A stretch of DNA of 52,618 bases from IMG/VR virus record IMGVR_UViG_3300005527_000074, positions 1 to 52,618 of that record; one strand, given 5' to 3'. Positions within the stretch are counted from its first letter, which is position 1; each line of letters begins with the position of its first letter. Below are positions 37,878 to 47,204 of this stretch, in pieces. A program made the position numbers and the translations under genes. Source of the stretch: a virus (Duplodnaviria; Caudoviricetes). The notes under the pieces were generated by a model. It had not been told where the DNA came from and ran no database searches. It saw only the letters and a program-made list of their open reading frames with translations.

Positions 37878-38933
37878 ATGGGAAAACCATTTGACGTAAG
37901 CAAGTTCCGCAAGGAAATCACTAAGAGCATTGACGGATTGTCAATTGGCTTTAACGATCCCACAGACTGGATCAGTACCGGCAACTATGCCTTGAACTAT
38001 TTGATCTCAGGAGATTTCAATCGAGGCATTCCCTTGGGCAAGGTCACTGTGTTTGCTGGCGAATCTGGAGCAGGCAAAAGCTACATCTGCTCTGGCAACA
38101 TTATCAAGAATGCACAAGAGCAAGGTATCTTTGTGGTGTTGATTGACAGTGAAAACGCTCTTGATGAAGACTGGCTCAAAGCACTCGGTGTTGATACTAA
38201 TGAAAGCAAACTGCTCAAACTATCAATGGCCATGATTGATGACGTGGCTAAAACTATCTCCACGTTCATGAGTGACTACAAGGCTTTAGCTGATGGCGAG
38301 CGGCCCAAGGTCATGTTTGTGATTGACTCACTGGGCATGTTGTTAACACCCACTGACGTAAACCAGTTTGATGCAGGCGAAATGAAGGGTGATCTAGGAC
38401 GTAAACCCAAAGCTCTCACCGCCTTGGTGCGTAACTGTGTGAACATGTTTGGTTCATACAATGTGGGGTTGGTTTGTACCAATCACACATACGCAAGCCA
38501 GGATATGTTTGACCCAGACGACAAAATTAGTGGCGGTCAAGGTTTCATTTACGCCTCATCAATTGTTGTGGCCATGAAAAAACTCAAACTCAAAGAGGAC
38601 GAAGATGGCAACAAAGTCACTGATGTTATGGGCATTCGTTCAGCTTGTAAAGTCATGAAAACTCGCTATGCCAAACCCTTTGAAGGTGTGCAAGTTAAGA
38701 TTCCTTATGAAACAGGTATGAATCCTTATTCGGGTCTCACAGACTTGGCTGAGAAAAAAGGCTTCCTCAAGAAGGACGGCAATCGTCTTGCATACACCAC
38801 ACTGGATGGCGAAATCATCAAGTACTTCCGCAAAGGTTGGGAAAGCAATGAAGATGGTTGTCTGGATGTTGTGATGGCTGAATTTGGAAAACGGAAGGAA
38901 GAGGTAAGTACCATCGAGGAGGAAACTGAATGA
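37878..38933 (+). CDS. uvsX: RecA-like recombinase
   Basis: GESGAGKS, IDSENA, VIDSLG, NHTY, SGG.G..YASS. Confidence 0.95.
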   Translation: MGKPFDVSKFRKEITKSIDGLSIGFNDPTDWISTGNYALNYLISGDFNRGIPLGKVTVFAGESGAGKSYICSGNIIKNAQEQGIFVVLIDSENALDEDWLKALGVDTNESKLLKLSMAMIDDVAKTISTFMSDYKALADGERPKVMFVIDSLGMLLTPTDVNQFDAGEMKGDLGRKPKALTALVRNCVNMFGSYNVGLVCTNHTYASQDMFDPDDKISGGQGFIYASSIVVAMKKLKLKEDEDGNKVTDVMGIRSACKVMKTRYAKPFEGVQVKIPYETGMNPYSGLTDLAEKKGFLKKDGNRLAYTTLDGEIIKYFRKGWESNEDGCLDVVMAEFGKRKEEVSTIEEETE

Positions 38934-39193
38934 GTGAACATGTAGCAGCAGAAATTTGGGGCGAACTCAAACGTTTTGTAAACACAGTTGACCGCAACGA
39001 AGCAGCAGAAACTGTGGTTCAAATTCTAATGGACAATGATTGTGATGCCGAAGATATCCGTGACGCATTCAAAGGCGATAGTGATATCAAACGAGCACTT
39101 ACTGTATATCTTGACAATGACAAGGACTACTCAGAAGATGAAGAAGAGGATCCTGAAGAAGAGGACTACAACGAAGACGACTGGGAAAACTGA
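38930..39193 (+). CDS. Small acidic hypothetical protein
   Basis: Coupled between uvsX and uvsY; D/E-rich tail. Confidence 0.7.
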   Translation: MSEHVAAEIWGELKRFVNTVDRNEAAETVVQILMDNDCDAEDIRDAFKGDSDIKRALTVYLDNDKDYSEDEEEDPEEEDYNEDDWEN

Positions 39194-39645
39194 TGTGGTA
39201 TAGTCGAGTAGTTGCCAGTCTTGGTGCTATTCCAGACTTCATTGCTCACTACGAGCGTGAGCTTGAGGATGCCAAAAAAGATTGTCGTATTGGCGGCTTG
39301 GTGGAAAAAAACATCACAGCATTGCCTGGTATCACTGAATTTAGATACAACCAGCTTCAAGAAATTGAAGCTGTGTTGAACTATCTCAACATCCAACTGC
39401 GCAAGATACGTAGAAAGCACTTTCAAAAGTACCTAGAAGGCTATGCTCGTGCGCTCACAAGTCGTGACGCAGAAAAGTATGTGGATGGCGAGGACGAAGT
39501 TATTGACTACGAAACCATAATCAACGAAGTAGCATACCTACGCAATCGTTGGCTGGGTATTATGAAAGGGTTGGATACCAAACAGTGGCAAATGGGACAT
39601 ATTGTGCGCCTAAGAACTGCTGGCATGGAGGACATACAGGTGTAA
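39193..39645 (+). CDS. uvsY: Recombination mediator UvsY-like
   Basis: Helical 150 aa; KYVDGEDE and KQWQMGHIVRLRTAG; downstream of uvsX. Confidence 0.75.
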   Translation: MWYSRVVASLGAIPDFIAHYERELEDAKKDCRIGGLVEKNITALPGITEFRYNQLQEIEAVLNYLNIQLRKIRRKHFQKYLEGYARALTSRDAEKYVDGEDEVIDYETIINEVAYLRNRWLGIMKGLDTKQWQMGHIVRLRTAGMEDIQV

Positions 39646-39656
39646 ATACCTGCATG
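39633..39656 (+). promoter_or_regulatory. Late-type promoter TAAATA (39643-39648) inside a hairpin that covers the ATG
   Basis: cat-a-caggt-gtaaat-acctg-c-ATG. Confidence 0.65.
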
Positions 39657-40421
39657 AAAAAACTTGTTATAGTGACTGGTGGGTTTGACCCACTACATTC
39701 TGGACACATTGCCTACTTACAGGCAGCTCGCAAACTGGGAGACAAGCTTGTGGTAGGACTCAACAGCGACTCTTGGCTTGCTCGTAAAAAAGGCAAGCCT
39801 TTTATGCCTTATGCTGAACGATACGCAGTGCTAACCGAACTGGTCTGCGTTGACCGTGTGTTGGATTTTGATGACTTTGATGGATCTGCCAAGGCATTGA
39901 TACAACACATGCTGGACACAACTGATAATGATGTCAATTTGATATTTGCCAACGGTGGTGATAGAACCGACAAGAATATTCCAGAGATGGATATTGAAAA
40001 CAGCAGACTAAGTTTTGCATTTGGTGTTGGTGGCTTTAACAAAACCAATAGTTCAAGTTGGATTCTTGAAGAGTGGAAAAAGCCCAAGACAGATCGCTCC
40101 TGGGGGTACTACCGTGTGCTACATGAAGTTGGTACACACACCAAACTCAAAGAACTCACTGTCACACCCAAAACTTGTTTGAGCATGCAACGACACGACA
40201 AGCGAGCAGAGTTTTGGTTTGTGGCCGAAGGTGCTGCCACAGTATACACACTGGATTCCAGCACTGATAGAGATGTCAAAGACCACATGACTATACATGA
40301 GTCTTGTTGGATCAATCGTAACGAATGGCATCAGCTGTGCAATGAAACTGATCAGCCACTCAAACTGATTGAAATACAGTTTGGGGAAAACTGTGTAGAA
40401 GAAGATATTGAACGCCGATGA
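39654..40421 (+). CDS. Cytidylyltransferase-family nucleotidyltransferase fused to a mannose-6-phosphate-isomerase-type cupin
   Basis: TGGFDPLHSGH, VGLNSD, FANGGDR, SSS; then RSWGYY, LSMQRH..RAEFW, WHQL.N, IEIQFG...EEDIER. Confidence 0.88.
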   Translation: MKKLVIVTGGFDPLHSGHIAYLQAARKLGDKLVVGLNSDSWLARKKGKPFMPYAERYAVLTELVCVDRVLDFDDFDGSAKALIQHMLDTTDNDVNLIFANGGDRTDKNIPEMDIENSRLSFAFGVGGFNKTNSSSWILEEWKKPKTDRSWGYYRVLHEVGTHTKLKELTVTPKTCLSMQRHDKRAEFWFVAEGAATVYTLDSSTDRDVKDHMTIHESCWINRNEWHQLCNETDQPLKLIEIQFGENCVEEDIERR

Positions 40422-41104
40422 AAGACATTATACCAGTATTTGTAGGATACGATCCTAGAGAAGCAATTGCATATCACACTTGCGTAAATTCTATCATTCG
40501 AAATTCAAGCAGACCTGTTGCAATCATTCCGGTTGCACTTAACTTGTTCAAGGACTACAGCGAAACACACACTGATGGTAGCAATCAATTTATCTACACA
40601 AGATTTTTAGTGCCTTACCTAATGCAATTTACAGGCTGGGCAATCTTTATTGATGGTGATATGGTAGTACGTGGGGACATTGCTGAATTGTGGGGTTTGC
40701 GAAATGCCTATGCAGATGTAATGGTAGTCAAGCACAACTACAAAACCAAAATGACTGAAAAGTATCTTGGGTCAAAGAATGAGGACTATCCACGTAAGAA
40801 CTGGTCAAGTGTTATACTTTGGAACTGTGGCAGTTTCCCCAATCGTAAACTAATGCCAGAATTTGTGCAAAAGGCCACTGGCGCCGAATTGCATAGATTT
40901 ACCTGGCTAGATGATACTCGTATAGGCGAACTGCCGCCTGAATGGAATTGGTTGCCTGATGAATACGGGCCAAACCCCGACGCCAAGCTCTTGCACTATA
41001 CCTTGGGCACTCCATGCTTTCACGAGTTTGCTGACACTCCACAATGTGAAGATTGGCACCGAGAACGCATACTAACAGAATACTGCCAACAGAGAAACAT
41101 ATGA
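40418..41104 (+). CDS. GT-A glycosyltransferase (GT8-like)
   Basis: VFVGYDPRE, FIYTRFLVP, FIDGD (DxD), YPRKNWSS, HYTLGTP. Confidence 0.8.
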   Translation: MKDIIPVFVGYDPREAIAYHTCVNSIIRNSSRPVAIIPVALNLFKDYSETHTDGSNQFIYTRFLVPYLMQFTGWAIFIDGDMVVRGDIAELWGLRNAYADVMVVKHNYKTKMTEKYLGSKNEDYPRKNWSSVILWNCGSFPNRKLMPEFVQKATGAELHRFTWLDDTRIGELPPEWNWLPDEYGPNPDAKLLHYTLGTPCFHEFADTPQCEDWHRERILTEYCQQRNI

Positions 41105-42081
41105 GCGAAGAAACTGATGAACAGTTAGCACCATTGACTCAACATGTTTTAGACATGGTGCCTCCTGAAATACATCAATTGTTTAGAGACATCTTGAAGT
41201 ATCGAGTTGATGCTGCTGGCGAATACTATGGTGTCACATTTGAAGCTATAATGCAAACTGTGCGTGATCTTGAAAAACACACAGTTGCAGCCATTGCCAC
41301 AGAACCTGGAGATTTCAAGTATAAGGAAAAAGGACACATGTACGATCCCATACTACAAAGTTTTGTACAAGGAGCTGGTGGAAGAATTAGTTCTTGGTCG
41401 AAAGAAGAAAACAACATGACTCCAGTGGTGCTACGCGGTATTACCAAACGCAAAGAGATGGCAGTGTGCAAACAGCAAGGTAGAGATTTTTACTACCTTG
41501 ACACTGGCTATTTTGGCAACGGTAAGAAAAAAACATTTCATCGTGTTACCAAAAATGATGTGCAAAATTTTGGCCCCATAATTGACAGACCAGGAGACCG
41601 AGTTGCCAAGTGCAATCTCCAACTTACCAAATTTAGGCAAGACGGCGGCAAAATTTTATTGGCCCCGCCTAGCCAAAAATTGTTAAACTTGTATGACATT
41701 GATCTTGAGCAGTGGATGGATCAAACCATTGCTACCTTAAAACAGCACACTGACCGAGAAATCGTAACACGTTTAAAACAAGGTCGATCAGTACGACAAA
41801 CCACTGATACCATGCAAATGGCTCTACAACAAGATATCTGGTGTCTAGTCACTTACTCAAGCATTGCCGCTGGCGAAGCACTGTTGTGTGGTAAACCTGC
41901 TATTACTTTAGGGCCCAATGCTGCAGGAATGCTGTGTAGTCAGCGACTTGAAGAAATAGAAAATCCACGTATACCTACTCTAGACGAAGTAGAGGCCTGG
42001 ACCAGGCACATTGCCTACTGCCAGTTTACTGAGCCAGAAATGCGAGATGGCACTGCTTGGCGAATTCTCAATGACTCTTGA
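41101..42081 (+). CDS. KpsC/KpsS-like capsule-polysaccharide-type transferase
   Basis: YLDTGYFG, TDREIVTR.K, VTYSSIAAGEALLCGKP. Confidence 0.55.
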   Translation: MSEETDEQLAPLTQHVLDMVPPEIHQLFRDILKYRVDAAGEYYGVTFEAIMQTVRDLEKHTVAAIATEPGDFKYKEKGHMYDPILQSFVQGAGGRISSWSKEENNMTPVVLRGITKRKEMAVCKQQGRDFYYLDTGYFGNGKKKTFHRVTKNDVQNFGPIIDRPGDRVAKCNLQLTKFRQDGGKILLAPPSQKLLNLYDIDLEQWMDQTIATLKQHTDREIVTRLKQGRSVRQTTDTMQMALQQDIWCLVTYSSIAAGEALLCGKPAITLGPNAAGMLCSQRLEEIENPRIPTLDEVEAWTRHIAYCQFTEPEMRDGTAWRILNDS

Positions 42082-43006
42082 TTGTGTTACCTACGTATCC
42101 AGTGTGGCCAATCCCAAAAAGCATTCACGAAAGATTGAGTGCTTGGAATCTTTTGCCGCCGGGGTAGTGTCACAGGGTCGCACTGGCATAATTGAATGGA
42201 ATCATCAATACACTCCCAGCAAGCTGGCAGTGATCTTGGGTTGGGCCACAACCAATACAGGTGGTCGTAACATTGCCTTACGCAAAAATGTCATTGCTGA
42301 ACAGCAACGTCGTGGATTTCAAACCATGTGCATTGATGCTAGTTGTTTTAAGTACCTTGACAACTATGGCACCTATCTAAGATACAGTCTGGGTGGGCCG
42401 TTTTATGATCGAGCGCAATATGCTAACCGTAACAGTGGACCAGAAAAATGGAATGAAATACAGTCAGCATTAAATCTTACCATGCAACCACCTCGCCTAA
42501 AACGCACTGGTTATATTTTGATATGTATGCAACGTGATGGTGGTTTTGCTATGAAAACTCTAGATCCCATAACTTGGTTGCAAGAAAAAATACAGCAAAT
42601 TAGAAATGTAACTATGCGTGACATTTATATAAGGCCGCACCCAGGTCAATACAACATGGCAGATTTTGCTGCTTACGTTGGCAGTCGCGGCCGAAAGTGG
42701 CGATGCACCGTACTTGAGCCTACTCAAAGCCGACTTATTGATAATCTTCAATCAGCACATTCTGCTGTGTTTTTCAACAGTTCTGCCAGTGTGGCTGCGG
42801 TACTGGCTGGTGTACCAATCTTTGTAGACGACGGCAGTTGTGTCTCTTGGACAGTGGCCAACAAAGATATTTCACAAATTGAAAACCCAGCATTAATTGA
42901 TGCTGAACGCACTCCGTGGATTCAAGATCTCAGCGCCGCTCACTGGAGCGACAATGATGCCCGCGCTGGCCGCATTTGGCAGAAGTTTATGCCTTTTCTA
43001 CAATGA
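42071..43006 (+). CDS. KpsC/KpsS-like transferase
   Basis: ILICMQ, IRPHP, FNSSASVAAVLAGVP. Confidence 0.55.
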   Translation: MTLDCVTYVSSVANPKKHSRKIECLESFAAGVVSQGRTGIIEWNHQYTPSKLAVILGWATTNTGGRNIALRKNVIAEQQRRGFQTMCIDASCFKYLDNYGTYLRYSLGGPFYDRAQYANRNSGPEKWNEIQSALNLTMQPPRLKRTGYILICMQRDGGFAMKTLDPITWLQEKIQQIRNVTMRDIYIRPHPGQYNMADFAAYVGSRGRKWRCTVLEPTQSRLIDNLQSAHSAVFFNSSASVAAVLAGVPIFVDDGSCVSWTVANKDISQIENPALIDAERTPWIQDLSAAHWSDNDARAGRIWQKFMPFLQ

Positions 43007-43547
43007 CATCATACACGTGGCCTTTGACCCAGGCCCACTTGTTTGACTTGTCCATCACTGACACTTGCTCGCTTATGATGCGGACTCCCATGACGTCAAT
43101 AAGTTTGCTGCGCCACCAATCAGGTTCTTTGACCACAAGGTGTGCATTTCTGCCATCTGGCAAATGTTTTTTGGCTGGATAACAAGCAATCCTAAAACAG
43201 CCACAGCGTTGCATCAGTTGTCCAATTGTGCGCAAAGTTTGGTCAAGATGTTCAGGCTCAATGTGTTCAATGGCGTCAGTACTGACCACAGCATCAAACT
43301 GCCCGGAAGGTAAATTTTTATATTGTTCACTGCCGGGATCGTATCCGGCCAGTGCAATTGTGGGATGTAGGCTATGTATTACTCCTATCAGTGCACCATG
43401 TCCGCAACCAAAATCTAACACACTGACGGGTTGGTACTGTTTGATAAAATGTTCAACAACTTTGTAGGCCTTGGCACCGTGGTTGAACTTGCCGTTGCTG
43501 TGCATGGTTGCTAGTTGCTGTTGATAATCTTTGTCAATTAATGTCAT
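42987..43547 (-). CDS. Class I SAM-dependent methyltransferase
   Basis: VLDFGCGHG, GYDP, DAIEHI. Confidence 0.85.
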   Translation of the reverse strand: MTLIDKDYQQQLATMHSNGKFNHGAKAYKVVEHFIKQYQPVSVLDFGCGHGALIGVIHSLHPTIALAGYDPGSEQYKNLPSGQFDAVVSTDAIEHIEPEHLDQTLRTIGQLMQRCGCFRIACYPAKKHLPDGRNAHLVVKEPDWWRSKLIDVMGVRIISEQVSVMDKSNKWAWVKGHVYDVIVEKA

Positions 43548-44121
43548 TATTCATCCAATCAGGATTGTAAGGTTGATCTCGGAACCACCAGTGTAATTGG
43601 GAACCTTGCCAGTCACTGAAAAATTCTTTGTACCATTGTTGACTGCGTTCAGCAGAAAAATGTTCTTTGTTATATATTTGTTTTTTGGCCTTGGGAGGCT
43701 GGGAGTGCATGCCAATAAAACACACAATACCAGTAAGCTTCATTAGTCGTTGTTTTACCCAGACTAAATCAGCATCAGGTATGTATGGCAACACTTGATT
43801 GCATATAACCAAATCGTATTGTTGATCTGGTGGCTCAACAGCAAATTCTGCAACACAAGGGTCGTACTGGAACACACTGTTGACATTGAGATAGTCAACA
43901 AACTTCATTACTGTAGTGTCGGGCCAAAATGCTGTAGTTTCTGCCCACTGGCGTCCTTTGCCGCATCCGTAATCAAACACAGTTTTGCAATTGTAATGGT
44001 GTGCCACATCTCGTATTTGTCTATGATATGAAAATGTATCTTTGCCGTCCCAGCTTTTATTCTGTTGCTGAAATTGAGTGCCCAGTGCAACTGACTCTTG
44101 ATAATACGAACTTACGACCAT
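43534..44121 (-). CDS. Class I SAM-dependent methyltransferase
   Basis: FDYGCGKG, YDP, DLVICNQVL; start uncertain (44121 or 44133). Confidence 0.8.
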   Translation of the reverse strand: MVVSSYYQESVALGTQFQQQNKSWDGKDTFSYHRQIRDVAHHYNCKTVFDYGCGKGRQWAETTAFWPDTTVMKFVDYLNVNSVFQYDPCVAEFAVEPPDQQYDLVICNQVLPYIPDADLVWVKQRLMKLTGIVCFIGMHSQPPKAKKQIYNKEHFSAERSQQWYKEFFSDWQGSQLHWWFRDQPYNPDWMNNDIN

Positions 44122-44762
44122 CCCATAATCCAATCATCTTTGACTTGGTCAAGTCGGACCATGCCCCACGATTGCAAAAGTTCAATGGCAGCAAATTGAC
44201 TGTATTGATCACTGTATGCATCATGTGGCTTCTGTTCAAGAACCACAATGGGGCGATTTTGTTTGATAGTATATACGGCTCCCAACAATACTTTGTACTC
44301 AAATCCTTCACAATCTAGTTTGATGTAATCTAAGTTTTGATATTCAAAGCTGTCCAATGTGCACACTATGGTATCGCCTTGTCCTATGCTGGTGGGATCA
44401 ATGTGAGTATGACCAGTATTGCCTTCGGTAATGTTCATGCGAGCTGTGGTATTGATGTCGCCTAAGGCCACAGTTTGCACTAACAAGTTTGGCGCAGTTA
44501 CATTTCGCGACAAGCACTCTCTAAACATAGCCACTGGTTCAAACGCTATTACCTGTTGAAATTCACGCACCAAGCTACGAGTCCACAGGCCAACATTAGC
44601 ACCTACATCTATAGCCAGTCGACGTTGTTGACAAAAAGCCACACTGCGATTCCTTACAATGTGTTGATACTCTGACGGACCGCCTTTGTCTACACTTTTT
44701 TTCAACATACGTGGAAAGTGTGATTCAGTTTCTGGGAACCACCACCCATAATCATTACGCAT
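44112..44762 (-). CDS. FkbM-family methyltransferase
   Basis: IDVGANVGLW, AFEP, IKLDCEGFE..VL.GA. Confidence 0.9.
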   Translation of the reverse strand: MRNDYGWWFPETESHFPRMLKKSVDKGGPSEYQHIVRNRSVAFCQQRRLAIDVGANVGLWTRSLVREFQQVIAFEPVAMFRECLSRNVTAPNLLVQTVALGDINTTARMNITEGNTGHTHIDPTSIGQGDTIVCTLDSFEYQNLDYIKLDCEGFEYKVLLGAVYTIKQNRPIVVLEQKPHDAYSDQYSQFAAIELLQSWGMVRLDQVKDDWIMGWS

Positions 44763-45555
44763 CAGCGTACTCCTCTAAAATTTTATGTGCTTGACCATTG
44801 CCTAGTTCGCTGATATGGAATTGACCATATGCCAAGTGGCAAGCCCAGGCGTAGATCATGTCATGATCGGGAAACCAAGGGTTGTCAATTTTGGTTAGAT
44901 CACGATTAGACACAGGATCGGCTGCATTGCTGGGTGCTGTAACAAACGCTGGCACACCTCCCAACACCGCTTCAGTGGCAGCAATACTGTTGTACACTAC
45001 AACAGCATGAGCAGTATCAAGCAAACTTGTAAAGGGCGCTGACTCTCGAACTTGCCTATTTTTATTGCGCTCTCTTATCACAACAGGCCTATCAGTATTT
45101 GCTTTGATAGTGTCTATAGTTTGTTGCAACCATTCAGCAACAGTGGTACCATAAACAATGCAAGGCTTTTCTTCAGGCATCACAATGTAGATGTTTTGAC
45201 CATATCGTCGTGGTTGAATGTCAAGACCAAGCTGTTTCCATCTATCATCAGGACATTTGCGAATCTTGTTGTGCTGCAAATCATTGTCAACAATTCGATG
45301 CCACAATTTCCAACCATGTGGGTTACGCATACTTGATCGGTTGCCAAAGTAGCCGGTATCCATGTAACGAAACCTTCGTTGATCTTGCCAACACTGTTTG
45401 AAAATTTTGTGTTTCATAATACCACGAATCACAAGCGGATCAGTGCTGTCACTGTAGTTCCATGTTTCTAGTACAGTGGATCGAGAATTGGCTCCCTGGG
45501 CAAACGCATTCATGTAGCCGTCAGTGCCGTGTTTGCTGAGATAGATCCAGTTCAT
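44755..45555 (-). CDS. KpsC/KpsS-like transferase (paralog of 41101)
   Basis: VIRGI, YMDTGYFG, TDRPVVIR, YNSIAATEAVLGGVP; ATGA overlap with the upstream gene. Confidence 0.55.
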   Translation of the reverse strand: MNWIYLSKHGTDGYMNAFAQGANSRSTVLETWNYSDSTDPLVIRGIMKHKIFKQCWQDQRRFRYMDTGYFGNRSSMRNPHGWKLWHRIVDNDLQHNKIRKCPDDRWKQLGLDIQPRRYGQNIYIVMPEEKPCIVYGTTVAEWLQQTIDTIKANTDRPVVIRERNKNRQVRESAPFTSLLDTAHAVVVYNSIAATEAVLGGVPAFVTAPSNAADPVSNRDLTKIDNPWFPDHDMIYAWACHLAYGQFHISELGNGQAHKILEEYADA

Positions 45556-46349
45556 TGCCAATATGCCTCTGTTCGTTGTACTTTTAAATCTGTAGCAGGA
45601 CTGCGCCCTGTGGTCTTGCGTTTGCCTTTGAGATGATCTAGGTAGGCACCCCAGTCTGAATTAATTAGCGGATGACCTTCACCAGTGATCAAGTGACTGC
45701 TCCAATCTAACTCGTTTAATTTTACTTTTTGTCGAACGGCATCAAAAACAAAACTATCGTGCCATTCGGCTAGGTCAAAGATACCTTGCTCTGCATGGTC
45801 ATACATCTGTTGAAATTTTTGGAGAAACAACTGTGTGGCAGGGCTACGCAAATTCATGGCATACAATCCGCATTCACTAAACTTACCACGCCGCCCTAAA
45901 AAGCAAAGATCTGTTGTACCAGGGCACAATCTTTCTAAATCTTCTGTAGTTATAGGACTGTGGCACACTGTGTCTGCGTCCATCCAAATCAACCAATCAG
46001 TGTCAGTGTGTTTGGCACAATGGAAAATGCTGTAGACTTTGTGAGCAAATCTCACAGCGTCCCATTTGAATCCTTTGCCTGCGTCTCGGCGTCGAGATCT
46101 AATGGGGTCAGCACTGACATCACCATTGGCTTCGGGTACACCACGCCACTGAGTTTTGAATGCTACCAGTTCAGGACTGACTTGTTCAAGATTGTGCACG
46201 GCCAGGTGTGGTGACGATTCGGTCACTGTGCACCCTTCTGCATAGACTACCAAATCAACAGGCCAGTTTTGCAAAAAAGTTTGGATCATGCGCCGGCCAT
46301 AATTCTCGTATCCGTCGGCGTTGAAAGTGGTACATACTGTGTATTTCAT
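45552..46349 (-). CDS. GT-A glycosyltransferase
   Basis: RFAHKV, WMDAD (DxD), WHDSFVFD, HLKG.RK. Confidence 0.7.
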   Translation of the reverse strand: MKYTVCTTFNADGYENYGRRMIQTFLQNWPVDLVVYAEGCTVTESSPHLAVHNLEQVSPELVAFKTQWRGVPEANGDVSADPIRSRRRDAGKGFKWDAVRFAHKVYSIFHCAKHTDTDWLIWMDADTVCHSPITTEDLERLCPGTTDLCFLGRRGKFSECGLYAMNLRSPATQLFLQKFQQMYDHAEQGIFDLAEWHDSFVFDAVRQKVKLNELDWSSHLITGEGHPLINSDWGAYLDHLKGKRKTTGRSPATDLKVQRTEAYWQ

Positions 46350-46355
46350 GTGAGA

Positions 46356-46361
46356 TATTTA
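46356..46361 (-). promoter_or_regulatory. Late-type promoter TAAATA for the minus-strand glycan operon
   Basis: Minus strand reads actaaatatctcacATG; 6 nt to the start codon. Confidence 0.6.
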
Positions 46362-47204
46362 GTGATCAAAAACATAGCCTATTTTCCTTCTTACACCGCC
46401 TTGAATTCCAAACCAGTGTATCACACTGTGTTGGACACGTTTCAAGCCGCCGGAATCCAAACGCAAGAAAACAGCATGAACAGCGATGCCGCAGTGATTT
46501 GGTCAGTGCTGTGGCACGGTCGCATGCGCGGTAATCGTGCAGTGTTTGATCACTATCGCAAGCAAAATAAACCAGTGGTCATAATTGAAATAGGTGCACT
46601 GTATCGTGGCGACACCTGGAAGATTTCTGTAAACCACATCACAGCCGATGGTTATTATGGACACAAAGAAAATCTTAATTGGGATCGTCCTGCTCGCCTT
46701 GGTATAAGCTTGGCCACACTGTATGAACCAAGGCCTGAAATACTGCTGGCACTACAACATAGAAACAGCCAACAGGTAGCAGACATACCAAACATGGAAC
46801 ACTGGGTATTAGAAACCATGGCCAAAATACGTGCACACACTGATCGGCCCATTGTGGTTAGACCGCATCCAAGATCGTCCATCGCTTTGCCACCTGGGGT
46901 GACTATAGAAAAACCTCGTCCATTGCCCAACACTTATGATTCATTTGACATGCACTTTGATTGTCATGCTGTGGTAAATTACAATTCAGGACCAGGAATT
47001 CAAGCTGCCATTGCTGGATGTAGGCCCATAGTTGATCGCACAAGTCTAGCGTTTCCGGTGTCGGTTGATTTTGCTGATATTGAGAGTCCATACGACATGG
47101 ACCGACAGCAGTGGCTCGTGGAAATTTGCCACACTGAACATACTTTAACAGAAATAAAACAAGGATTATGGCTAAAAAGAATAGAACCAGCACTGACCCT
47201 GTGA
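46362..47204 (+). CDS. KpsC/KpsS-like transferase (paralog of 42071)
   Basis: ILLALQ, VRPHPR, NYNSGPGIQAAIAG; GTG start at 46362 avoids overlap with the divergent gene. Confidence 0.55.
   Translation: MIKNIAYFPSYTALNSKPVYHTVLDTFQAAGIQTQENSMNSDAAVIWSVLWHGRMRGNRAVFDHYRKQNKPVVIIEIGALYRGDTWKISVNHITADGYYGHKENLNWDRPARLGISLATLYEPRPEILLALQHRNSQQVADIPNMEHWVLETMAKIRAHTDRPIVVRPHPRSSIALPPGVTIEKPRPLPNTYDSFDMHFDCHAVVNYNSGPGIQAAIAGCRPIVDRTSLAFPVSVDFADIESPYDMDRQQWLVEICHTEHTLTEIKQGLWLKRIEPALTL

Noticed and set aside
32398-38933. Introns or inteins in terminase, gp32 or UvsX
   Set aside because: Lengths are normal, motifs are contiguous, and no intein or endonuclease signatures are seen.
42987-46349. Minus-strand block inside the glycan locus as an invertible segment
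   Set aside because: I found no inverted repeats at the boundaries and no recombinase in the window; the left boundary is a 20-nt gene overlap.
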